From NCBI RefSeq assembly GCF_000143415.4, contig NW_003314283.1, positions 1 to 19,133 on the forward strand: a stretch of 19,133 nucleotides of DNA, given 5' to 3'. The translations under genes and the position numbers were made by a program. Under the pieces are notes generated by a model. It was not told where the DNA came from. It saw only the letters and a list, made by a program, of their open reading frames with translations, and made no database searches. Below are positions 1 through 9,550 of this stretch, piece by piece. Each line of letters starts with the position of its first letter. Position 1 is the first letter of the stretch. This DNA comes from Selaginella moellendorffii (Eukaryota > Plantae > Lycopodiophyta).

Positions 1-139
1 TCAACCTTTGAAAAGTTGTAAGAGCATTTGTCAAACCAAATGGCATTACCAAAAACTTATAGTAATTCATCCTTGTTTGGAATGCTATCTTTGGAATAGC
101 CTTTGGCTTGGCACAAATCTAATGATACTTGTCTCTAAT

Positions 140-507
140 ACATATAAAATATTCTCAGAATATTCCAGTGGTCCATGTTAGAGATTAACCCTAATCTCTC
201 CTTTGATTGTGTTTGTTTTTTAAATATGGAGAGAAACATAAAAGCCATGCAACATTTCTCTTATTGAGCTGTTGTGGGTAGTCTCATTTATTTATTAGTT
301 TATATTTGTCCAAATCTAGCATATACAATGGCATTATTGCTAAGTTTTCTGAGAATCTAGGCATATTAGTAGGCAATCAAGTGATTTTTTTATTATCTTC
401 AAGGGACTTGGTCCTTTGCCTTTACTTACTCCTCTGTCTTAGATGCTAGCTTTCAGTTACATGGATTTTGTGATGCCGACTAAGGTGGCTACTAGGAAGA
501 TAGGCAC
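140..507 (+). mobile_element. Degenerate Ty1/copia pol remnant (RT C-terminus / RNase H start)
   Basis: Manual translation: 271-333 VVGSLIYLLVYICPNLAYTMA (copia 'VGSLMYL...RPD(I/L)AYAV'); 391-504 YYLQGT...LHGFCDAD*GGY*EDR (copia 'YLKGT...GY(S/C)DADWAG...DR'). Multiple stops and frameshifts; boundaries approximate. Confidence 0.8.
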
Positions 508-2097
508 TTATGCACACTGAGGAGCATAGGACCCTAATCTAGTTTGTGTCTCCCTCACACTCGCTCTCTACTCATCTTCAATCTTCAACCTTCTTCTTGC
601 ACACTCTATTTCCTTAAGGTACTATATGATATGGTTTATAAAGTTTAATTATGTAAAACTTACCAGCATGTTAAGACTTTGCATAGAATACTTGAAAATC
701 ACAAGAGCCTTGCAAAACCTGTGTCAAACAAAAATTAAAGTTTAGCATTTTAGAGTCACCTAGCTGCAACTTGCACAAGCTCTATAGCAAGCTTAGAAGC
801 ACTACAAACTTCTTGGAGCTTTTAAACTTGGATAGATTCTTTGGGATAAAATGCCACTAAGCAACTCGTCTCATTACATACGCAAAGATGAAAATGATGA
901 TCTGAGTGGAATACATTTGGTTGTTATGGCTTCACATATGTCCTTTTGGTATAGATTTTAATTACCATTTTGCACCAAATTATTAGGCTCATTGGATGGA
1001 TAAAAATGTATTGTTTGCACAAGCTTATGCTTAAGCTCATGAATGAGGCATATTAGCAACTTAAGGTTACACTTTGAGTTAGTAGGATTAATGTTAGCCA
1101 ATCAATGGTTACCATGAGTTATTACTATGTTATTATAGGTAAAAAGTAAACTTCCCGTAGGTTTGCTATGAGTGGAAAATGGGCTGCTCAGTAGCTATTT
1201 AGCAGAATATTAGTAGATCCTTTCTAAGCATGATTATGAATGGATTAATAAAAAATATAGGGATTAGTCTGTTGGTTCAAGTAGTCATTGCCGTGCTCTA
1301 TTATAGACTTTTCTTAAATTGGACTAAAGGTAGTTTGAATGCAAGCTTATGGTTTAGTCAAGTTGAATCTGAAAAGAGAGTCATTATGGATGAAGGATCA
1401 AATATATAAATCACCTTCTCTTTTTCAAGAAATGATTTACAATGAAGTATGATCTCATTGCTTGTATTCACATCATGCTATCAAAAGTTTCTATTTTGAT
1501 ACATATTAGTTATGATGGTTTTACGAATTGTGTGCCATGGAGTGGATAATAGCGAAGTGCTAAACCATTTTTGCTTACACTTGCCATTGAAAGGCTTGAG
1601 TTATAATATTCAATTCTTTTTTGGGGAAATTTACTATTACTCCTTGAGTAATTTAGTTTTGGATTAGTTTTGAGTTTGGTCAGATAAAGAGTAGCACAAG
1701 CTTATCTATATTATGAATAGATCATGTGTTACTAGATGTCATAAATCTTTCTTCTCTAATTCTTTCCAAACAACCAGATGATATCTTTCCAATCTCCCTA
1801 CTTCTCCTCTTCCTCTAAAACACCTTTGCAAGCTTTGAGAGCAACAACCAAGGTCTGACCATCTAGAACGAATCCACTCTTCACCACCATCCTCGATAAA
1901 TATGTATGTACATTTCCTATGTCCCAATAGGGCTAATACAAAAACTAGATGTACCACCCTCTCAATGAGCTATTCTTGTGTCGCAATTGGACTTAGTCCT
2001 TGAGTAGAAGTGGACATGGTTGTCTCCTTCGAATCATATCAATGTCCAAGTCTCCCCCTCAGACCAAATATAAAATAGAGTTTAGGGAGCACCACTA

Positions 2098-3560
2098 CTA
2101 GTGAAACTCACCACCTACCATTTTATTGAAACACGGGAGCCACCTAGACCTCCACTCCTCTAACTGCCTCAATTTCACCTGCTCTTTCAAGATGGCATAA
2201 TAAAGATGCATTGCTGCAAAAGTGAGTCTCCACCATGAAGCCACTACTGCAAATATACTCACTTGCTTCCCATCAAAGTGACAATGATTCTGTGCCTCCC
2301 AAAGTGCTTGCACACCTGTTCTCAAGATAGATTAACACTTATAGCCCATCACCTCCCAGACTAACATTTTGACTTCAGCCCCTATCATGTCCCACCAAAC
2401 TCACATGCTCCATCCATGTTATCCTTGACACCAAATACATTTCCAAGCTGGGCCAATAGTTGGACCTCTAGCTCCCTCAAACTAGTGGAGAATGTCCCCG
2501 CTCTGAACCTTGAACTCTAGGATATCTCTTAATTTTTACATCACCTTGAGAATCTATCACCATACCTCTCTCACCACATCACATTTCCATAGTGTATGTT
2601 ATGTTGTCTTTAGTTCACCACACTCTTTGCATTGTTGGCATGCTTCTTGGAATTGTGTCCCACTGGTAATCTGTTATTTGCCACCAACCAAAAGGTGGCC
2701 TTGACTTTCTTTTGTACTGGTAATTTCTAGAATGCAAATATGTTATTCACCACTTGGTCTGCCTTGACTTCTTGCTTGATCCATTTCTTCCAAAGCTTGG
2801 GGATCTCCCCTTGGGCCTCCTTATTGGTCAAGAGACCATTCTGTGCTTTCTTGACTTTAAACAAAAAGAAGCTCCTCACTCTTTGCTTCCATGCTATTGG
2901 GTCTTAATCTAAATCTTCAATAAGTTGCTATTGCCACCATTTGAGAATGCCATCTCCCTCTAGTGAAGCCTTTAATTGAACCACCACCAAATGCTTTTGG
3001 GCCTGATGTACCACTTGAATTCTGCACTTGACTTTGTTATCCATCACCATTAGCATGACCTGTTTGTCTCCTATTGGCACTAGCATGTTGCCTCTCAATA
3101 CCTAAAAAGGACGAGACCAACATTCTATTCAGGGGATACTACAAACCACACTTCCACATCACCATCCTCCCAAGCTGGTGTTGGGGCCATAAATGCCCAT
3201 GTTCAGGTTCCTAGGCTGACTTGTTCCCTGATTGGCTCCATGTCCCATTGCAAATTCACCACCATCCTCAAGCCCTCTCCTGGATTTACCATTTTCCATG
3301 CATTGAACGATGATCAAATTCCACGAAACCAAGTCCATTCCATCCATGCTCTTGAAAACCACCACTTCCTCCTCCAAACTTCCACAACTTTCATAGGAAT
3401 ATGGAAGAAGAAACATCCATGTGGATCTCCTGGATCTTCTCCAAGAGCACTCTTGTTTGATTTTCTTTCCTCTCTATGGTTTCTTCTTTGCCATGAGATG
3501 ATTCCTAGGGGTTTTGGTGGAGGCTTAAACATCATATTCCAGCACTTTTTTTCTTGCATT
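2098..3560 (-). mobile_element. Degenerate L1-type LINE ORF2 remnant (zf-RVT zinc finger and C-terminus)
   Basis: Minus strand 2726-2560 reads KLPVQKKVKATFWLVANNRLPVG...(frameshift)CKECGELKTT*HTLWKCDVVREVW, the zf-RVT pattern. ORF 2098-2325 has LWEAQNHCHFDG (plant LINE 'IW..RN...F.G'). A weak MENGKS..GL...EF motif at 3299-3252 resembles the RT-start 'KSPGPDG...EF'. The left-hand motifs are solid; the right boundary is uncertain. Confidence 0.7.
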
Positions 3561-3649
3561 TTCTCACCTGGACTGTGGAGTACTCACTGCCAGCTATAAG
3601 ATGATGCTACAAGAACCCATGCCTTGGCAATACCTTGTTGAGGTGCTCA

Positions 3650-4096
3650 TGACACACCACCACCCACCACAGCTAACAGCTACTGACCCGCCACTACACT
3701 CTTGGATCCTGTTGCTCTGCCATAGTGCTGCTCAAGACTCCCACTACTGCTCACTGCTTAGCACCACCACACCACTGCACCACACAACACCATGTTGCCA
3801 CACCTCTGTGCCACTGTATTGCACAGCACCACCACAACACTGCCGTGCTGCCACACAACACTGCTGCTACAAAGTGGCTGACCCACACCACTGCTGCTGC
3901 ACTGCTGCACCACACAGCACAACCACTGCACCATACAGCACCGCCACAACATTGCCATGCCACCACATAACACCACTGGTCCACCCCACACTGCCACACA
4001 ACACCACTACAGATATACTGCTGCACTGCACAATACACCGCTACACTGCTGCACCACACAGCACTGTCGTGCCACAACACCATTGTTGCTGCTGCT
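3650..4096. repeat. CA-rich cryptic / degenerate tandem repeat (CACCAC, CACAGCAC, CTGCTG units)
   Basis: Strong C/A bias on the + strand. The 21-mer CACTGCTGCACCACACAGCAC is repeated exactly at 3900-3920 and 4044-4064, and there are many CCACACAACAC-like units. Confidence 0.8.
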
Positions 4097-4326
4097 GAAA
4101 GAACCCTAGAGATTTTTTCTTGGGCGCGATTCTCAATGCACAATACTTGAGAAACAATTCAAATTTCTGACAACAGGACTACATAAGTACATGATTTCAA
4201 ACATGATTGCAAATAGTAGCTTTGATTTTAATCACTTTTTTGTATTAGTGTAGCCACTGGACAATGTGCTTTTGGCTGGGTCTTGAGGAGATCATTCAAG
4301 ATCCCATGGACAAGTACACCTAGTGG

Positions 4327-4745
4327 ATGGCCCGAGCTTTGCATAAATGGTTGCACGATAGAATGCACACAGCTGTCAAGTATGCAATCTACCACTTGAC
4401 AGTGAATCCAATGGAACAGGATCCACATGTCTATCACCATGTTCTGCCTTGGGTGGGATATACACTAGCCACATACAGGTGGGGGAGTCATTCTCTCAGG
4501 GTGGAAACTGGTTGTCATGTGTGGCGTAGATTACCTCAGCACCTTCAGCAATGCCTTCTCTGGTCAGGTAGAAGATATCTATCACATTCTATATGACTGC
4601 ATGGCCTTCTGGCTTGTGTGGGCTCAACTCCCTGGAATCCCCTGGGCCAAGAGGAATCTCCCTAGTCTCCTGGAAAACCAGGCTTGCTTTGCACCACTTG
4701 GCTATCTACCTGTGTAGAATGGAGGAGATTCAGGCGGCTCAAGCA
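4327..4745 (+). mobile_element. 3' remnant of a non-L1 LINE ORF2 (RTEX/CR1-like C-terminal zinc-finger region)
   Basis: 4465-4512 LATYRWGSHSLRVETG and, after a frameshift, 4565-4600 QVEDIYHILYDC match the 'L..FR...H.L.IETGR...C..C...VEDE.H.L..C' C-terminal motif. These are followed by LAIYL (ORF 4593). Only one of the first two Cys is recognisable. Confidence 0.6.
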
Positions 4746-5237
4746 CAAGAGTGTAGGTTCCCTCTTGATCAAAGTTCCAGATGGGCCAAATACATATTTT
4801 TATACATGCATACTATACAAATATATTCACAAGTCAGAACAATAAGAACAAAACGAGGAAAAGCTACATGGTACTTGCACCATCCTAACAATGGCAAACA
4901 TGATAAATTAGGATTATAGAAAACAACACCAGTTACATGTTATATTGAAAACAAGAGGCGCAACACTTTTGCTGGATGATAGATCAAGTTAGGTATTTAG
5001 ATAATGCTAATGATCTAATAAGAGGAATACCAGTGGAGCCAAATGTGCCTGGTTGGTGATACTTGATGCTTGCTTGGAGCTTGTAAAAGCAACAAAAATA
5101 ATAAATGTGGAGTGACAGCATGGTATATACATGTACCATATGTAGAGACCTCACATTCTATATCTATAAGGTGTATAAACATAAAAACTTCACATTGTAT
5201 ATCCGAGATATCTTTTTGAGCTTCACAAGTCACAACA

Positions 5238-6679
5238 ATGGAAGCTCCAATGGACGGTAAGAGCAAGGGCGAGGAGCAGCAACATGGAGGTGGAGGAGCG
5301 CATTCTGACAAGCTGGTAGCTCCAGATTTCCAGCTGCAAGTTCTCGGATCCAGATTTGCAGGCATAATTTGCTTCACCGCTGGATCGATTGGTGTCATGG
5401 CTGCTCTGGTGGTAGCACTCGTGCTCATTCTCTCCACGCAGCATAGATCGGTTCTCGACAAGCCGTGGTGATATTGATCTCCTGGGATGGATTTCGATGG
5501 GGATACCAGTGGAAAGTTGAGACTCCAAACATCGATCGCCTCATTTCCAACGGGACGGAAGCTTTCCCTGGCATGATTCCAGTGTATCCCAGCACCACCT
5601 TCCCGAACCACTATTCCATAGTTACAGGTAAGCCCATAAGAGAGTTTCTCTTCGTAGAAGTATCTTAGACTTAGACTTTGGCTGTTCTTACAGGTCTATA
5701 TCCCGCTTGGCATGGAATCATTGCCAATCGCTTTCGTGACCCTGCCAACGAGAAGTTCACCACGGTCAATATCACCGCGAAATGGTGGATTGGCGAGCCG
5801 ATATGGGAAACAGTGGTGAAAAACGGACTACAGGCGGCTGTGTACTTTTGGCCGGGAGCACAGGTGGTGAGAGAGTCGTGGCCTTGTCATCCCGTCGAGA
5901 TTTGTCCAAGCTACAATGAGTTGGTTCCATTCGAGGACAGAGTGGACGCTGTTCTGGGATACCTTGATCGTAGTGTGGTTCCAAGTTTCATAGGACTCTA
6001 CTTTGAAGAACCGGATAAACAAGGCCACCGAGAAGGACCGGACGCACCTCAGATCAGCGCTGCCATCACCAGGGTGGATTCGATGATAGGAAAGCTGCTG
6101 GAAGGCCTGGAGAAACGTAAAATTCTGGAAGAGGTGACGATCATTGTGGTTGGCGACCACGGTATGGTTGGAACATGCGAGAAGAAGCTCATCTCCCTGG
6201 AACCCTGGATCGAAATTCCAAAGGAATGGGTGGATTCGACGGGTGCGGTGCTCGCAATCACTCCGCCTCTGGACGTCGACGCATAGGTCGTGGTGGAGAA
6301 GCTGAATGACCGTCTGGAAAATGCTAGTCTGGGGAATGGGATGAAAGTTTACTTGAAAGAGGATCTACCTTCGAGTTTGCACTACTCCGCTAGTGACAGG
6401 ATCCCACCGATTATTGGGATGGTGGAAGAAGGCTACAAAGTTCCCAGGCCCAAGAGCAAAACCGCAAAACTGTGTGGAGGCGATCACGGCTATGACAATC
6501 TTTTGGGTTCAATGCGGACGATTTTCATCGGGCATGGGCCGCAATTTGCCAAATGAAAGAAGGTGCCGTCTTTCGTTAACGTGGAGGTGTATAACGTGAT
6601 TACAACTATTCTGGGGATCAACGGGACCAGTAACAACGGAACGGCAGGTTTTCCCCAGAGTATCCTCCTCTCTAAGTAG
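5238..6679 (+). pseudogene. Nucleotide pyrophosphatase/phosphodiesterase (type I phosphodiesterase, alkaline phosphatase superfamily), N-terminally membrane-anchored; disrupted. Exons 5238-5627 and 5694-6679
   Basis: TM segment, then LDKP|VVILISWDGFR, PSTTFPNHYSIVTGLYP (Thr nucleophile), EEPDKQGH, GDHG, GDHGYDN, VPSFVNVEVYN. Lesions: 1-nt deletion at ~5465 (CCG TGG TGA), TAG 6284-6286, TGA 6554-6556. Natural stop TAG 6677-6679. Confidence 0.92.
5628..5693 (+). other. 66-nt GT-AG intron of the NPP gene
   Basis: AG|GTAAGC donor and TTCTTACAG|GT acceptor; removal restores SIVT-G-LYPAWHGII. Confidence 0.9.
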
Positions 6680-6714
6680 CCCTCTAACCATGGTGAGTTT
6701 TTGGTATTGTACTT

Positions 6715-7248
6715 CTAATCTATGTTTTCCGGGTGAATAAGTGCACAGTTTGGACTCTTAAAGTTTGGAGACCGCTGTGATCTTTGTTTTCGTCCTACGA
6801 TTTGCAGTTTAATACCATTTATTGTCTTGAGAGCAGCGACGAAAGATCGACCATCAGGCTGGAATCCCTCGTCTTTCATCCTGAGAAACCACCGCAAGGC
6901 CGATTCAAAGTCCCCATTCTCGGAGTAGCCCTGGATCATGGCATTCCACGAGACCAGATCGACCAGAGCCCGCTGCTGCATTGATTGGAAGACGAGGCGC
7001 GCGTCGGCCATGCTACCGCATCGAGCGTACATGGAGATGAGATTGTTGGCGACGTAGATGCTGCTGCTCCAGCGATCGGCCAGATCGCTGTGGATTTTTG
7101 CCCCTGCGGCGAGATATCTTGTGCCGATGCATACCTTGAGAGCCGGAAGAACGATGGAAATGCTTGGCTGGAGGCCATCCCGGCGGAGATGCTCGTAGAT
7201 CTTGATGGATTTCGAAGCGCCGCTGCCCGACGATCCCAAGCTTTTCAT
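6715..7248 (-). pseudogene. Truncated PLS-class pentatricopeptide repeat (PPR) gene fragment
   Basis: L, S and P motifs: SIVLPALKVC...GAKIH, YVANNLISMYARCGSMADARLVF, DLVSWNAMIQGYSENG...ALRWFLRMKDEGFQPDGRSFVAALK. Similarity ends abruptly at ~6823. Only about 3-4 repeats and no E/DYW domain. First ATG at 7248. Confidence 0.8.
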
Positions 7249-7481
7249 GTTACATTTTTGCAAAGAACCCTAAATTTGCGAAGAGCCCTAATCTTGGGCA
7301 GATTACGACGAGGAATCCCGGCGGAAGAAAGAGAACCGTAATCAGCAACAGCGGTACGAATGGTGAAGAAAAGAGGCATCACAGCAATACCAGCGACGAT
7401 GAAAAGGATGGGGAGAAAGTAGGAGACGATGATAATAGAAGAAGAAGCGAGGAAGGGCGAAGAAAGAGGAGCAAACGCCAT
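7245..7481 (-). CDS. 78-aa ORF upstream of the PPR fragment; possibly its frameshifted N-terminal/targeting region or a first exon
   Basis: ATG in good context (gtcATGGCG) preceded by a CT-rich 5'UTR-like tract. Ser-rich MAFAPLSSPFLASSS start followed by a hydrophobic stretch. The stop overlaps the PPR ATG (ATGA). Confidence 0.35.
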   Translation of the reverse strand: MAFAPLSSPFLASSSIIIVSYFLPILFIVAGIAVMPLFFTIRTAVADYGSLSSAGIPRRNLPKIRALRKFRVLCKNVT

Positions 7482-8958
7482 GACTATAGCAGCAGTGAGT
7501 GAGAGCGAACCGGAGAGAAGAAAGAAGCAGAAGCTACTGAGGATTCTGTTTTCTCTCGTTTTTTTTCTTCTATCCTAGTGACCATTGGTTTTCTTTCTTC
7601 CGGATCACGAAATCTGATGATCAACAAGCTAAGAAAGTGCTCACACTGAGATCATGCAGCTCGCCCGCATTGCAAACTTGGCGATGGCCAATCGAAGGTA
7701 CCTGTTTTTCCTGGCTCGTGTTTTGTGTCCCAAAAGTTAGCATGTCCAATTAATAGAACGTTTTATTAGTGATAGCTTAAAAATCTTAAGAAGTTCCTAT
7801 GATGAAAAACTACTAGCATTTTGTAATCTCAAATTTCTTGCATCTTGATATGTCAATGTCTCTTAAGTGATTCAGCTCAAGTAGCAACATCCACCCTCAA
7901 GGCCCATTGCTCGGTTGATTTTCAGACAATCGCCTAGATATCCATAATGTATCCCATCTTTGTTTTCACAGTTGTGAGCAATAAGCTTCCCATACATCTT
8001 ATTAGTGCAGACTCTGTCCTGCTGATCACAAGATTCAGGAGAATAAGAGTTCCGTAGTAGCCAAGAATTATCACAACTAACATAGCCTTCATCTTGTTGT
8101 TGTAGATAGACAAACTAATCAGCTTGAAACAAACTAGAGAACACCAATTTAAACAAGAAGGTGCTTACATTAATTAAATTTTTACTTAGACATAGTCAAG
8201 TCCAAGGGCCACATGCTACATGTGAAGGTTTTTAAATGCTTCTGGATAAAAGTCCATATTCTTATTTTTATTGTTCCATAAACAAGTAGAAGAATAATTT
8301 CAAGCAGGTTTTAAAAGAAGAAGAAATCTAAGTGTTGGAATCAAATCTTTTTTTGGCTCAGTAGTAGGAGCACATTCAGGATGTGCTCTCCATTTTCTTC
8401 TTTCTGCCTCATCTCATGCTCATGTGCCTGGAGTTCTTCATTCTTATGTGCCTCTCTAATGCATTTTCTCTACCCTACTCAATCCCTTCCATTTTTTTTT
8501 TTCGTCACTGGCCTCAAAAATATTTAATTTTTATGTTGATAAATATACTAAAATACCTAAGCATATTCTAGGTATATAGTCTACTCTCAACGAATTCATG
8601 TATAAATGACTATGTTTAGAGGCTCTCAGACTTAATAATAGAAGCATCTCTACATGGATCAAAGAAAGCTTGGTGAGATCCCCAAAATTTAAAAATTTAA
8701 ATTTAAGAAGAATATCCTACAATATACTTGAATACTTTTGGATATTTCAGGTATATTCTTTACACTATAACATATACTATAATACTATTTGTTGGTTAGA
8801 GACAAGGCTCTTCTCTTTGAGGTGTTGGGGTTCAATTCTATGCTGCACAATAGGATTCAAAATATAATATGTAACTATACTTAGTTCATTATCATTATGA
8901 TTGATAGTAATCTACCATTATTCAAACATGAACAAACTCGCTCATGACCTAAAACATG

Positions 8959-8979
8959 TAATAATAATAATAATAATAA
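8959..8979. repeat. (TAA)7 microsatellite
   Basis: Directly visible. Confidence 0.95.
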
Positions 8980-9509
8980 AGCATCTTTGAATTAGATGGC
9001 TAATATAAGTTTAGTTAAATTACTAATATGTTGACAACCTGCTTTACTTAGCCTTATGCTAACAGTAAAATGGGAGGGACACTAATAATTGTTTTTTTAA
9101 ATACCACCAAGAGCCCTGAATGCAGGAATTTTGGGTGTATGCTAGCTATTAAAAAATAAATAAGAAATTTTTTTTCCAGCTTTCCAAAACTCTATGTTCT
9201 TGCTACAACATTATTGTTTGGTACAGCATTTGGTGGCGAAAAGCCAGCCATGGCTTTGGCCAACACCATGGCTCTTTTTCTTTGGTCAGTACCATGGGAG
9301 CCTATAGTGGTGGCCAATGAGATAAGATTTCTTCTCTACTTGGCCATGACATTAGCACTTATACTACAACTTTAATCTTTTTTCTCTGGTGAAAGTCCTA
9401 GGCTTGTTTGCTAAATCCTGCTTGGCTAGTGCCACATGCTCAATGGTGTGGCCTTGGGGGCATGATTGTTGAGCCATGGCAGCTATGGTGTGGACTGTGA
9501 TAGTGCTAC

Positions 9510-9550
9510 CAATGCAGCACTGGCACCATAGCACTGCCAGTGCTGCATTG
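9510..9550. repeat. Perfect 16-bp inverted repeat with 9-nt loop
   Basis: CAATGCAGCACTGGCA (9510-9525) / TGCCAGTGCTGCATTG (9535-9550). Confidence 0.95.

Noticed and set aside
620-1730. Decayed coding sequence
   Set aside because: No recognisable motif; stops in all frames.
3601-4143. His/Cys/Thr-rich metal-binding protein ORFs
   Set aside because: Four overlapping frames are open only because the CA-rich repeat lacks stop codons; no domain pattern.
6284-6556. Rescue of NPP stops by U-to-C editing, readthrough or selenocysteine
   Set aside because: This is a nuclear intron-containing gene, the TGA sits at a normally Gly position, and an upstream frameshift would still break the ORF.
7654-7697. 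First exon of a divergent plus-strand gene (MQLARIANLAMANRR, AG|GTAC donor)
   Set aside because: Too short and no downstream exon identifiable.
7860-8100. hAT transposase remnant on the minus strand (KMYGSLLLTTVKT / RW)
   Set aside because: The TRW motif needs an assumed frameshift, and no second hAT motif or TIR was found.
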